Shown: positions 51,875 through 61,612 of the stretch, one piece after another
Numbering within the stretch: the first letter of the stretch is position 1
How the letters are laid out: each line of letters opens with the position of its first letter
Source: an uncultured Pelagibacteraceae bacterium
GTDB taxonomy: Bacteria; Pseudomonadota; Alphaproteobacteria; Pelagibacterales; Pelagibacteraceae
Direction of reading: 5' to 3'
Assembly: GCA_902591845.1 (NCBI GenBank)
Contig: CACJCG010000001.1
Location: forward strand, 1,080-65,079
DNA: 64,000 bases
Notes under the pieces: model-generated
The model's database searches: none
What the model saw: the letters and a program-made list of their open reading frames with translations, nothing else
What the model was told of the DNA's origin: nothing
Translations under genes and position numbers: made by a program

Positions 51875-52608
51875 TGCTTAAAATAAATAATTTAAATGCA
51901 ACAATTGATAATAAGTCTATTTTAAATGGGCTATCATTAGATATAAATCCTGGTGAGGTTCATGCAATTATGGGTCCTAATGGATCTGGAAAAAGCACAT
52001 TGTCAAATATTCTATCTGGAAAAAAAGGTTATGAAGTTTCTGGGGAAGTTCTTTTTGAAGAAAAAGATTTATTTGAACTTGAAACAGAGGAAAGAGCACA
52101 CAAGGGTATATTTTTGGCTTTCCAATATCCCTTAGAAATTCCAGGTGTAAATACAAATATATTTTTAAAAACTTCTTTAAATGCTGTTAGAAAAGCTAGA
52201 GGTGAGAAAGAGCTTGATGCTATTGAGTTTCTAAAATTAGTAAAAGAAAAATCTAAAGAATTAAAATTTGATGAGGAAAAATTAAACAGACAATTAAATG
52301 TTGGTTTTTCTGGAGGTGAAAAAAAGAAAAACGAAATTTTACAGATGTCGTTGTTAGCTCCAAAACTTTCAATTTTAGATGAAACAGATTCTGGTTTAGA
52401 TATTGATGCTTTAAAGATTGTTGCAGATGGAGTTAACACATTAAGAGATAAAAATAATTCATTTTTAATTATTACACACTACCAAAGATTACTTGATTAT
52501 ATAAAACCTGACTTTGTTCATGTTTTGATGAACGGAAAAATTGTAAAATCTGGTGGTCCAGATTTAGCTTTAGAATTAGAAAAAAAAGGATATGAAAATT
52601 TTAATTAA
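51874..52608 (+). CDS. sufC: Fe-S assembly ATPase SufC
   Basis: MGPNGSGKST, FLAFQYP, GFSGGEKK, LDETDSGLDIDAL. Confidence 0.98.
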   Translation: MLKINNLNATIDNKSILNGLSLDINPGEVHAIMGPNGSGKSTLSNILSGKKGYEVSGEVLFEEKDLFELETEERAHKGIFLAFQYPLEIPGVNTNIFLKTSLNAVRKARGEKELDAIEFLKLVKEKSKELKFDEEKLNRQLNVGFSGGEKKKNEILQMSLLAPKLSILDETDSGLDIDALKIVADGVNTLRDKNNSFLIITHYQRLLDYIKPDFVHVLMNGKIVKSGGPDLALELEKKGYENFN

Positions 52609-53856
52609 ATGAAAGAACAATTACAAAAAGATTTTGATAATAGTATAAAAAATTTAAGTTTATCTCAAAAAGATATTGAAATTAAAAAATTTTGTTTAGA
52701 TAATTTTATAGACAAAGGTTTTCCAAATAGAAAAGAAGAAGATTGGAAATTTTCAGATCTTAATCAAATAATAAAAAATAATATTGGAGAACTTAGTTTT
52801 TATAATGATCAAGCTTCTACTAATAAAGTTGATACTTCTGTATTTGTAGATGGATTAGAGCATAATAAAATAGTTTTTATAAATGGTAGAATTGAAAAAA
52901 TTGATTTTGAATATGAAAAAAAAGATCAAATAGAAATAATTGATCAATCAGAGACTATAAATGAATTTAAAAATAGCAATTCATTATCTGATTTGAACAA
53001 TGCCTTTACTTATAAATGTTTTAAAATATTGGTAAAAAAAGGTTATCAATTAGCAAAACCTCTTATTATATATCATACAACAAACTCAAAAATTTGGTCT
53101 AAAAACATTAACTTACGACTAAACTTTGAGCTAGATAAAAATAGCTCATTAAGATTAATTGATTTGTTTAATGATGCATCTGAAAAGAATTTTTTAAATA
53201 TATTTTACAACTTTGAATTAAAGGAAAATGCAGTTTTAAAAAACTATAAAGTAGATAAATTTGAAAATAAAAATATTAAATATGCTTTTAACAATATCGA
53301 TCAAGATAAGAATAGTATTTCTGAAACATTTATTTTATCCTCTGGATCAAATTTTTCTAAAAATGAGATAAATTGTAATTTAAATGGAGTTTATGCATCA
53401 GCTTTTGTAAATGGTGTTTTTTCATTGAATAATGATAAACATCACGAAATCAGATCAATAATTAATCATCTTACAGAAAATACAAAAAGTTACCAACTAA
53501 TTAAAAGTGTATTAGATGAAAGCTCAAAAGCAGTGTATCAAGGAAAAATATTTGTAAATTCAGACGCTCAAAAAACAGATGGATACCAATTGAGCAAAGC
53601 AATATTATTAAATAAAGAGGCGGAGTTTAATGCCAAGCCAGAACTAGAAATTTACGCCGATGACGTTAAATGTTCCCATGGTTCAGCGTCAGGTAGCTTA
53701 AATGATGATTCTATATTTTATTTAATGTCTAGAGGTTTAAGTTATCAGCAATCAAGAGAGCTATTAATCAATGGTTTTCTGCTTGATGTTGTGGAAAAAA
53801 TTACTGACTCGGAAATAAAAAACTTAATAAAAAATATGATTGGAATTAAAGAATGA
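52609..53856 (+). CDS. sufD: Fe-S assembly protein SufD
   Basis: EDWKFSDL, AQKTDGYQ, KPELEIYADDVKCSHG. Confidence 0.95.
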   Translation: MKEQLQKDFDNSIKNLSLSQKDIEIKKFCLDNFIDKGFPNRKEEDWKFSDLNQIIKNNIGELSFYNDQASTNKVDTSVFVDGLEHNKIVFINGRIEKIDFEYEKKDQIEIIDQSETINEFKNSNSLSDLNNAFTYKCFKILVKKGYQLAKPLIIYHTTNSKIWSKNINLRLNFELDKNSSLRLIDLFNDASEKNFLNIFYNFELKENAVLKNYKVDKFENKNIKYAFNNIDQDKNSISETFILSSGSNFSKNEINCNLNGVYASAFVNGVFSLNNDKHHEIRSIINHLTENTKSYQLIKSVLDESSKAVYQGKIFVNSDAQKTDGYQLSKAILLNKEAEFNAKPELEIYADDVKCSHGSASGSLNDDSIFYLMSRGLSYQQSRELLINGFLLDVVEKITDSEIKNLIKNMIGIKE

Positions 53857-55070
53857 AAATTGATCAGATAAAAAAAGAATTTCCAATTTTTGATGAAAAA
53901 ATTCAAAATAACGATCTGGTGTATTTAGATAGTGCGAACTCATCTCAAAAACCTAAGGTAGTAGTGGATAGAATTAATGAATTTTATACCAAACAATTTT
54001 CAAATGTTGGTAGAAGTGTTCATTATCTTGCTGTAGCGGCAACTAATTTATACGAAAACACAAGAACATCTGTTCAAAAATATATTAACGCTAAAGATAA
54101 AAATGAAATTGTTTTTACAAAGGGAGCTACAGAAGCATTAAATTTAATTGCTAATACATTAGGCCAAAGTTATTTGCAGGAAGGTGACGAAGTATTAATT
54201 ACAGAACTTGAGCATCATTCAAATTATGTTCCATGGCATTTTTTAAGAAAATCAAAAAATATTAAAATTAATTTTGCTGAAATAAATGACGAAGGTGAAA
54301 TTACTCTCGAAGAAATAGAAAAGAAAATAACTCCAAAAACAAAATTAATTTCAATTACTCATTTGTCTAATGTAACAGGTGCAATTTTACCGGTAAAAGA
54401 AATTACTCAGCTTGCACATTCAAAAGGAATTATTGTTGTAGTTGATGGATGTCAAGGAGCGCCACATTTAAAACTAGATATGCAAGAATTAGATTGTGAT
54501 TTCTATGCAATTTCATGTCACAAAATGTATGGACCTACAGGTTTAGGAGTTTTGTACGGTAAGAAAAAATGGTTAGAAGAATTACCTCCATACCAAGGTG
54601 GTGGAGGAATGATAAATGAAGTTAAAAAAGATAGGATTTCCTATGGTGAATTACCAAATAAGTATGAGGCAGGGACGATGGCTACAGCACAAGTAATTGC
54701 TTTTGATCAATCAATAAAATTTTTAGAAAGCATTGGTATAGAAAATGTTATGAAACACGAAGCTAATTTAGTTGAATACGGACAAGAACTATTACAGAAA
54801 AATAACTCAGTTAAACTTATTGGAAATCCAAAAAATAAAGGGGGAGTGTTATCATTTACAATAGAAGGAGTGCACCCTCATGATATAGCAACTATCTTGG
54901 ACGAAGACGGGGTTGCGATAAGAGCAGGACATCATTGTTGTCAAATTCTTCATGATAAATTAAATATTCCAGCAAGCGCAAGAGCATCAGTTGGCATATA
55001 TAATACAAAAGAAGATTTAGATCAGCTAAATGAGTCTATAAACAACTGTAAAAAAATATTTAACCTATAA
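53853..55070 (+). CDS. sufS: Cysteine desulfurase SufS
   Basis: YLDSANSSQKP, EHHSN, SCHKMYGPTG, RAGHHC. Confidence 0.96.
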   Translation: MKIDQIKKEFPIFDEKIQNNDLVYLDSANSSQKPKVVVDRINEFYTKQFSNVGRSVHYLAVAATNLYENTRTSVQKYINAKDKNEIVFTKGATEALNLIANTLGQSYLQEGDEVLITELEHHSNYVPWHFLRKSKNIKINFAEINDEGEITLEEIEKKITPKTKLISITHLSNVTGAILPVKEITQLAHSKGIIVVVDGCQGAPHLKLDMQELDCDFYAISCHKMYGPTGLGVLYGKKKWLEELPPYQGGGGMINEVKKDRISYGELPNKYEAGTMATAQVIAFDQSIKFLESIGIENVMKHEANLVEYGQELLQKNNSVKLIGNPKNKGGVLSFTIEGVHPHDIATILDEDGVAIRAGHHCCQILHDKLNIPASARASVGIYNTKEDLDQLNESINNCKKIFNL

Positions 55071-55534
55071 TGAATTTAAAAGAACTTTATCAAGAAATAA
55101 TTTTGGAGCATGGTAAAAATCCAAGAAATCTTAGAAAGACAGAAGGTTTTAATAAAGATGCCAAAGGAAACAATCCTCTTTGTGGTGATAACGTTCATGT
55201 TTATTTAAAACTTAATGGACAAAAAATTGTAGAAGATGCATCTTTTGAGGGAAGTGGTTGTGCTATTTCAATGGCTTCAGCCTCTATAATGACAGATTTG
55301 ATCAAAGGAAAAAATGAGCATGAGGCTAAAGAAATAGTTGAGGATTTTTTAGGCATGATTAAAGAAAATCCTGAATTAAAATCCAAGTATTTGAGCGAAG
55401 ACGAAAAAACTAAACTAATGTGTTTATCTGGTGTTAAGCAATATCCAATGAGAGTTAAGTGTGCAACTTTATCTTGGCACACAATGGTTTCTGCTTTTGA
55501 AGAAAATACAGAAGAAGTAAAAACTGAGAATTAA
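55070..55534 (+). CDS. sufU: SufU-type sulfur-transfer/scaffold protein
   Basis: LYQEIILEH, NPLCGD, GSGCAISMASAS, PMRVKCATL with the SufU-type insertion. Confidence 0.9.
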   Translation: MNLKELYQEIILEHGKNPRNLRKTEGFNKDAKGNNPLCGDNVHVYLKLNGQKIVEDASFEGSGCAISMASASIMTDLIKGKNEHEAKEIVEDFLGMIKENPELKSKYLSEDEKTKLMCLSGVKQYPMRVKCATLSWHTMVSAFEENTEEVKTEN

Positions 55535-55537
55535 ATT

Positions 55538-55837
55538 ATGTCAAAAAAAGAACAAATAATTGAAGAAATGAGAAAAATTTATGATCCTGAGTTACCTGTA
55601 AATATCTTCGAATTGGGTTTGATTTATGATATTAAAGTAAAAGATGAAAAGTTTGCTATTATCAAAATGACTTTGACAACTCCAAACTGTCCGGTTGCAG
55701 AAAGTTTACCAAAAGAGGTAAAAGAGGGAGCTATGCAAGTTGAAGGTATTGAGGATGTTGATCTTGAGCTAGTTTGGGATCCGCCATGGAACAAAGATAT
55801 GATGTCAGAAGCAGCAAAATTGGAATTGAATTTATAA
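55538..55837 (+). CDS. sufT: DUF59/SufT Fe-S assembly protein
   Basis: IYDPELPVNIFELGLIY, MTLTTPNCPVA, VWDPPW. Confidence 0.92.
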   Translation: MSKKEQIIEEMRKIYDPELPVNIFELGLIYDIKVKDEKFAIIKMTLTTPNCPVAESLPKEVKEGAMQVEGIEDVDLELVWDPPWNKDMMSEAAKLELNL

Positions 55838-56172
55838 TGAACCCTATAATTAAATTAAGTAATAACGCAGCCTCAAGAATAAAAGAGATAATGGCTAATG
55901 CTGAAAAAGATTCTATAGGTGTTAGAGTATCAGTAAAATCAGGCGGTTGTGCAGGGATGTCTTATGTAATGGAGTATACTAAAGAGTTAAATCCCAGCGA
56001 TGAAGTAATTGAAGATAAGGGTGTAAAAGTTTTTGTTGATTCTGCTGCAATTATGTATCTTCTTGGAACTGAAATGGATTACAAAAAAGAGGAATTATCT
56101 TCATCATTTGTTTTTAATAATCCTAACGAAACCGAGCGATGTGGCTGCGGAGAGTCGTTTAAAATATCATAA
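55837..56172 (+). CDS. sufA: A-type Fe-S carrier (SufA/IscA)
   Basis: GGCAGMSY, FVFNNPN, CGCGESF. The true start is ATG 55837 (TAATG overlap with the sufT stop), not the track start 55774. Confidence 0.92.
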   Translation: MNPIIKLSNNAASRIKEIMANAEKDSIGVRVSVKSGGCAGMSYVMEYTKELNPSDEVIEDKGVKVFVDSAAIMYLLGTEMDYKKEELSSSFVFNNPNETERCGCGESFKIS

Positions 56173-56238
56173 GTTGTATTATCCTATAAATTGCATATCA
56201 GTATTGCATTATATGCATATCTAATATATAGATTCTAT

Positions 56239-56409
56239 ATGAACAAATTTGAGTTTAAAAATCTTGTTAAAAACTTGAAAGACTCTTTAAAGGAAAAAGC
56301 ATTCTTTAAAGAACTACGTAAAGAGGTTGAAACCGGTGCGAATGGCACACAAGATTACGTAGTCAAAAAAGGTGTTAACAAAGATTCAATTGCAACAACT
56401 AAACAGTAA
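56239..56409 (+). CDS. Small hypothetical protein (56 aa)
   Basis: MNKFEFKNLVKNLKDSLKEKAFFKELRKEVETGANGTQDYVVKKGVNKDSIATTKQ; fills the gap up to the glnA stop; GC higher than flanking spacers. Confidence 0.7.
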   Translation: MNKFEFKNLVKNLKDSLKEKAFFKELRKEVETGANGTQDYVVKKGVNKDSIATTKQ

Positions 56410-56418
56410 TAAAGTCTA

Positions 56419-57825
56419 TTAGCTACTGTAATACATCTCAAACTCCACAGGATGAGGTGCATGCTCAAATTTGTGTATCTCTTCAAACTTCAGAGCAATG
56501 TAAGCATCAATCTGATCATCAGTAAAGACACCCCCTTGAGTTAAAAACTCTCTGTCTTTATCTAAACTTTCCATTGCTTCTCTTAAAGAACCACAAACTG
56601 TTGGGATAGCTTTAACCTCTTCTGGTGGTAATTCATATAAATCTTTATCAAAAGACTCACCTGGATGAATTTTATTTTTAATTCCATCAATACCTGCCAT
56701 CAACATTGCTGCAAAAGTTAAATATGGGTTTCCAGCAGCATCTGGGAATCTAATTTCACATCTTGCACCTTTTTTACTTAATGTGATTGGTATTCTACAT
56801 GAAGCAGATCTATTTCTAGCTGAATATGCAAGAAGAACTGGTGCTTCAAAACCTGGAATTAATCTTTTGTAACTGTTTGTTGTAGAGTTAGCAAATGCAT
56901 TAATTGCTTTAGCATGTTTTAAAATTCCACCAATATAATGTAAAGCAGTTTCACTCAAACCTGCATAAGCATCACCTGAAAATACCGGTGTATCACCTTT
57001 CCAAATTGATTGGTGGATGTGCATACCTGAACCATTGTCACCAGCAACTGGTTTTGGCATAAATGTTGCAGTTTTTCCAAATGAATGTGTAACCATTTGC
57101 ACAACATATTTATATAACTGCACGTTATCTGCTTGATTAACTAAAGTTCCAAAATACATTCCAAGTTCGTGCTGACTGGGAGCAACTTCATGGTGATGTT
57201 TTTCAACTTTAATACCAACTTCTTTCAAATTTTTAAGATATTCACCTCTCATGTCCTGTTCACTATCAACTGGTGGTACAGGGAAATATCCTCCTTTTAT
57301 CTGAGGTCGGTGTCCCATGTTTCCATTTTCATATTCTTTACCTGAGTTATATGGACCTTCTTTACTATCTAATTTAAATCCACACTCATTCATATCATTT
57401 TTGATTCTTACATCATCAAATACAAAAAATTCTGGCTCAGGTCCAAAGAAGGCTTTATCACCAATACCTGAGGCTTTTAAATATTCTTCAGCTTTTTTAG
57501 CAACACCTCTTGGGTCTCTTTCATATGGATCTTTTTTAATTGCATCTAGAATATCACAAAACAAAACTACTGTATTATGAGACGTAAAAGGATCCATGAA
57601 CATTCTTGCAGTATCAGGTTTTAAAATCATGTCAGACTCATTAATTGCTTTCCAACCAGCAATTGATGAACCATCGAAAAACACACCTTCATTCAACATA
57701 TCTTCATCAACTATTGAGGCATCCATTGTTAAATGTTGAAGTTTTCCTCTTGGATCAGTGAATCTTAGATCTACAAACTCTGCTTCCTTCTCTTTAATAA
57801 ATTTTAAAACTTTTGCTGCACTCAT
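56419..57825 (-). CDS. glnA: Glutamine synthetase type I
   Basis: [46 protein letters not shown] adenylylation loop; AGGAG RBS. Confidence 0.98.
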   Translation of the reverse strand: MSAAKVLKFIKEKEAEFVDLRFTDPRGKLQHLTMDASIVDEDMLNEGVFFDGSSIAGWKAINESDMILKPDTARMFMDPFTSHNTVVLFCDILDAIKKDPYERDPRGVAKKAEEYLKASGIGDKAFFGPEPEFFVFDDVRIKNDMNECGFKLDSKEGPYNSGKEYENGNMGHRPQIKGGYFPVPPVDSEQDMRGEYLKNLKEVGIKVEKHHHEVAPSQHELGMYFGTLVNQADNVQLYKYVVQMVTHSFGKTATFMPKPVAGDNGSGMHIHQSIWKGDTPVFSGDAYAGLSETALHYIGGILKHAKAINAFANSTTNSYKRLIPGFEAPVLLAYSARNRSASCRIPITLSKKGARCEIRFPDAAGNPYLTFAAMLMAGIDGIKNKIHPGESFDKDLYELPPEEVKAIPTVCGSLREAMESLDKDREFLTQGGVFTDDQIDAYIALKFEEIHKFEHAPHPVEFEMYYSS

Positions 57826-57962
57826 TTTGTCTCCTATATAATTTTGTTCGGCCTAATTAGCAAAAAAATACTTAAAAATATTGCTTATTTAATAAATAAC
57901 ACCTATGCAATTTTCACATAAGTAGTGTAATTAGTCACTAAAATAATAAATATATTAAATCT

Positions 57963-58445
57963 GTGAATTCAATATTAAATAAAGAGCCAGTTTTAAGAGC
58001 AGAAAAATCTCTAAAACAATTTAACCCAGATCTTAAAGTGATTGTTTTAGAGCAAACTGCCAGAACAGCTAACGATGCAGCTGCAGCTTTAGGTTGTAAA
58101 GTAGGAGCAATCGTCAAAAGCTTACTTTTTAAAGCAGGGGATAGTTTTATTTTATGTTTAGTTTCTGGAGACAAAAGGTGTTCATTAAATAAATTAAAAA
58201 AAATTTTAGATGAAAAAGATGTTTCAATGGCTAACCCAGAAGATGTTAAAAAAATTACTGGATATACAATTGGCGGAGTATCTCCAACAGGACATTTAAC
58301 AAAAATAAAAATTTTTATTGATGAAACTTTAAATAGATTTTCCTCTATTTTTGCAGCCGCAGGTCATCCTAACGCAGTTTTTGAAATAGACTTCGAAAAT
58401 TTAAAAGCATTAACCTCAGGTGAAACAAAAGAGATAGTAGAATGA
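57963..58445 (+). CDS. YbaK/EbsC family aminoacyl-tRNA deacylase-like protein
   Basis: ARTANDAAAALG, IVKSLLF, TGYTIGGVSP, AAAGHP. Confidence 0.9.
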   Translation: MNSILNKEPVLRAEKSLKQFNPDLKVIVLEQTARTANDAAAALGCKVGAIVKSLLFKAGDSFILCLVSGDKRCSLNKLKKILDEKDVSMANPEDVKKITGYTIGGVSPTGHLTKIKIFIDETLNRFSSIFAAAGHPNAVFEIDFENLKALTSGETKEIVE

Positions 58446-59329
58446 GAAAACCCCAATTAATTGATTATTTGTTATTGACTTTGTTGTCATTAATATGGGC
58501 ATCAGCTTTTTTTAATATTAAGATTGCTACATATTCATTTGGACCTATCACAATAGGTTTTTTAAGATCTTTTTTAGGTGCCATACCAGTTTTAATTTTA
58601 TGTTTTTATAAAAATATAAAAATTGAAGCATTTTCGAAGGATTGGAAGTGGTTTGCAATTATAGGATTAGTAAATTTAGTTATTCCGTTCATACTTATAT
58701 CATATGGAGTAAATTTTGTTCAAAGTAACCTAGCAGCTATTTTGATGTCTACAACACCATTAAGTTCAACTGTTCTTGCTCACTTCTTTTTAAAAGGAGA
58801 AAAATTTAATCTATTAAAAACTATTGGATTGTTAATAGGGTTTTCGGGAATAGTTTTTTTATTTTCAGATAATTTTTTGATAAATGAAAATAACTTTGTT
58901 GCTGCACTTTTAATTTTGCTCGGATCTACTTGTTATGTAATTGGAGGAGTAATAACCTTAAAAATCAGTAATAAAGAAAACGAAAATGTTACTGGTTCAA
59001 TTTTAATTTGGTCAACAATTATACTTCTTCCATTTACTTTAATTTTTGAAAAGCCTTGGACCTTAAATCCTTCAATAGACTCAATTATATCTGTAATATA
59101 TTTAGGAGTATTTCCTACTGGTGTAGCATGGTTGTTGCGATTCAGAATTTTAAAAACTAATGGTCTTATATTTCATTCACAAGTTTCATATATAATTCCA
59201 ATATTTGGGATTATTTTAGGATATATATTCCTCAATGAAATAATTACTTCAAAAATCATAGTTGCATTAATTGCTGTATTTATTGGAATATATTTAGCAA
59301 GAAAAGCAGATTATAAAAATGTTACCTAA
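58442..59329 (+). CDS. DMT/EamA family transporter
   Basis: LIWASAF, 10 TM segments, SNLAAILMSTTP. Confidence 0.87.
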   Translation: MRKPQLIDYLLLTLLSLIWASAFFNIKIATYSFGPITIGFLRSFLGAIPVLILCFYKNIKIEAFSKDWKWFAIIGLVNLVIPFILISYGVNFVQSNLAAILMSTTPLSSTVLAHFFLKGEKFNLLKTIGLLIGFSGIVFLFSDNFLINENNFVAALLILLGSTCYVIGGVITLKISNKENENVTGSILIWSTIILLPFTLIFEKPWTLNPSIDSIISVIYLGVFPTGVAWLLRFRILKTNGLIFHSQVSYIIPIFGIILGYIFLNEIITSKIIVALIAVFIGIYLARKADYKNVT

Positions 59330-60227
59330 TTTTTGCGATTGCTTTGATATGTGAAGGGCTTGTTTCACAACATCCTCCAAGAATAGTTGCTCCAGCGTCT
59401 TTAAATTTTTTTGCAATTTCTTGAATTTTAATTGGTGTCAAATCTTGTCTTTTTCCTAAAATTTCATTTGGATTAGATTTTTTACCTATAAAAATAGATG
59501 TATAACTTTCCTTTAGCTTAGTGGTAACAAAACCATTTAATTTGAAACCAAATGGTATTTTTAAATTTTTTAATTCTTCTAAGTTTTTCTCAAAATTTTC
59601 GGGAGAAACACAAGACAGCATCACCCCGAGAGCATTTTCATCAATTATATTTTTTACCTCTTTAATCCTTTCCCCGCTTGGTAAAGTTCTTCCTTCAGAT
59701 ATATGTAATCCAACTAAATAAGGTTTTTTAAATTCTTTTATAGCTTTAATTCCACATTTAACTTCTTTAATACTACTCCAAACATCAAAGTAAAAAAAAT
59801 CAACATATTCATTTAAAGCTTTTGCTTGAGAATTGAAATTTTCAATTATTTCATCATCATTTCTATCATCTGCTTCATATGTTAAATTTTGAGGAGGTAT
59901 ACCTCCAGCAATATGAGTGTTGGGAAACTTTTGTTTTGCAGCTTGAGCAATTTCACCTGCTTTTTGATTGAGATATTCAAATTTATCCAAAAGGTTATTT
60001 TCTTTTAAACGTTTCTGTCGTGTTGCAAAAGTAGTTGTGACAATGATTTCTGCCCCTGCCTTTATGAAATCAACGTGGGTATCTAAAACAAGTTGATGGT
60101 AATTTTCATCTAATATTGCATTAGCACTCCATAATGTTGAATTTGGTTTCATTCCTCTTGCAAGTAATTCTTGACCCATCCCTCCGTCTAAAATTCTAGT
60201 TTGTTTAAAATAATCTTTGTTAATCAT
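59322..60227 (-). CDS. Homocysteine S-methyltransferase family protein (MmuM/BHMT-like)
   Basis: ILDGGMGQEL, LWSA, HVDFIKAGA, Zn ligands LSC and GGCC. Confidence 0.9.
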   Translation of the reverse strand: MINKDYFKQTRILDGGMGQELLARGMKPNSTLWSANAILDENYHQLVLDTHVDFIKAGAEIIVTTTFATRQKRLKENNLLDKFEYLNQKAGEIAQAAKQKFPNTHIAGGIPPQNLTYEADDRNDDEIIENFNSQAKALNEYVDFFYFDVWSSIKEVKCGIKAIKEFKKPYLVGLHISEGRTLPSGERIKEVKNIIDENALGVMLSCVSPENFEKNLEELKNLKIPFGFKLNGFVTTKLKESYTSIFIGKKSNPNEILGKRQDLTPIKIQEIAKKFKDAGATILGGCCETSPSHIKAIAKIR

Positions 60228-60817
60228 TACTTTTTAAAAAAAACCTTAGTATTAAAAGAGAAAGATCTTCTTTCAGCATTAATATTAAAAGGATATGCGG
60301 TATGCATTAAGTAGTTCGGAAAAATTAAAAGATCTCTTTCTTTAGGCACAATATTAAAAATACTTCTGCTTAAAAAACTCTTTTGTCCGTTTATAAAATC
60401 AATTGTGCCATTAGTCTTATCTTTTTTATTTTTTAAAAGTTTATTTTTAGTCATATCTTTTGGGACTTTTAAATAACCTACACCAGATATATCTCCATCA
60501 TGATAATGAACAGGGTTATATTCATCTTTAAATTGACTAACCACCCATAAGTTTAATATCTTTATATTTTTAACTTTTTTAATTTTTTCATTTTTAAGAA
60601 AATCTTTGATATTTTTTTTTATTTCTCTCTCTAAATTTTTTTTTATAAAATTATTTGAAATTTTAATTTCTTTTTTAATTTGACTAGCTAGTTTGGAACT
60701 ATAATCATTATTTTTTGTTAAAATTTTATTATCAATTTCTTTATTTAAGACAGCTAAAAACTTTTTAGATATTTTTGCTTTACCTATGGATGGACCAAAT
60801 GGTTTGATGTTTTTCAT
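60227..60817 (-). CDS. Putative 2OG-Fe(II) oxygenase (TIGR02466-like)
   Basis: W..Q...YNPVHYH..ISGVGYLKVP, LLIFPNYLMHTAYPF, RRSFSFN. Confidence 0.8.
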   Translation of the reverse strand: MKNIKPFGPSIGKAKISKKFLAVLNKEIDNKILTKNNDYSSKLASQIKKEIKISNNFIKKNLEREIKKNIKDFLKNEKIKKVKNIKILNLWVVSQFKDEYNPVHYHDGDISGVGYLKVPKDMTKNKLLKNKKDKTNGTIDFINGQKSFLSRSIFNIVPKERDLLIFPNYLMHTAYPFNINAERRSFSFNTKVFFKK

Positions 60818-60854
60818 ATAGCTTTAAATATCTTAAAAATAATTATATTCAACC

Positions 60855-61601
60855 TTATGCTATTAATCTAAAACCGATTCTAACTGCGACAAAGATAACT
60901 AAAATGGAAGTAATTTGAGCCAATATTTTATTTGATAAAAATTTTATATTTAGAAAACTTCCAATTTGTCCACCGATTAAAACAGCAATAAATAATGGCC
61001 AATAGTTCAAGAATTCATTTAAAACTATATCTTTTGTTAGCTGTCCTGCTACACCAAACATAGAGTTGATTAATATAAATAGAGATGCGGTACTTGTAAT
61101 ATGTTTTGGATAACCAGCTTTAAGAAGAAATAAAATTGGACTTAAAAATATTCCTCCACCTATTCCTACCAACCCAGATATAAATCCAATAATTGAACCA
61201 ATAATAATAGAAAAAATTTTTGGGATTTTTTTAATTTTTATTTGATCTTTATTGAATGATTTGCTTTCTAATAGTAAAAAAATTCCTGCTATTAATAAAA
61301 TAAGGAACAGTAAAATCTCAAATAAACTCTTACCTATCGAAATAGTAGCTCCAAAAAAAGCAAAAGGTACAGATCCAATCAAATAAGGTAGAAGTAAACT
61401 TAAATTTACATTCTTTGTTCTTAAAAAATTTATAGAATTACCAGATACGACAATAATATTACAAATTAAGGCTATAATTGGAAAAATATAGAAGGGGATA
61501 TCCCAAATTAACAATAAAGCAAGATAGGTAGATCCTCCACCAAAACCAACACTAGAGTATAAAATTGCTGTTATAAAAAAAAATATTGTTAATATAATCA
61601 T
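60855..61601 (-). CDS. TauE/SafE (TSUP) family sulfite exporter-like membrane protein
   Basis: Two repeats: YSSVGFGGGS and SGLVGIGGGIFLSP. Confidence 0.88.
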   Translation of the reverse strand: MIILTIFFFITAILYSSVGFGGGSTYLALLLIWDIPFYIFPIIALICNIIVVSGNSINFLRTKNVNLSLLLPYLIGSVPFAFFGATISIGKSLFEILLFLILLIAGIFLLLESKSFNKDQIKIKKIPKIFSIIIGSIIGFISGLVGIGGGIFLSPILFLLKAGYPKHITSTASLFILINSMFGVAGQLTKDIVLNEFLNYWPLFIAVLIGGQIGSFLNIKFLSNKILAQITSILVIFVAVRIGFRLIA

Positions 61602-61612
61602 TTAAAAAAATT

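Noticed and set aside
990-59721. Short nested or antisense ORFs in the track (e.g. 990-1268, 14833-15153, 29652-30167, 36420-36913, 52029-52439, 57938-58174)
   Set aside because: They lie within or opposite well-supported genes, have no recognisable motifs, and show the composition expected of shadow frames.
60227-60860. SAM-V or other SAM riboswitch ahead of the homocysteine methyltransferase
   Set aside because: Plausible for SAR11 methionine genes, but the gene is coupled directly to the upstream ORF and I could not see the motif here or in 60818-60854. An Infernal/Rfam scan would settle it.
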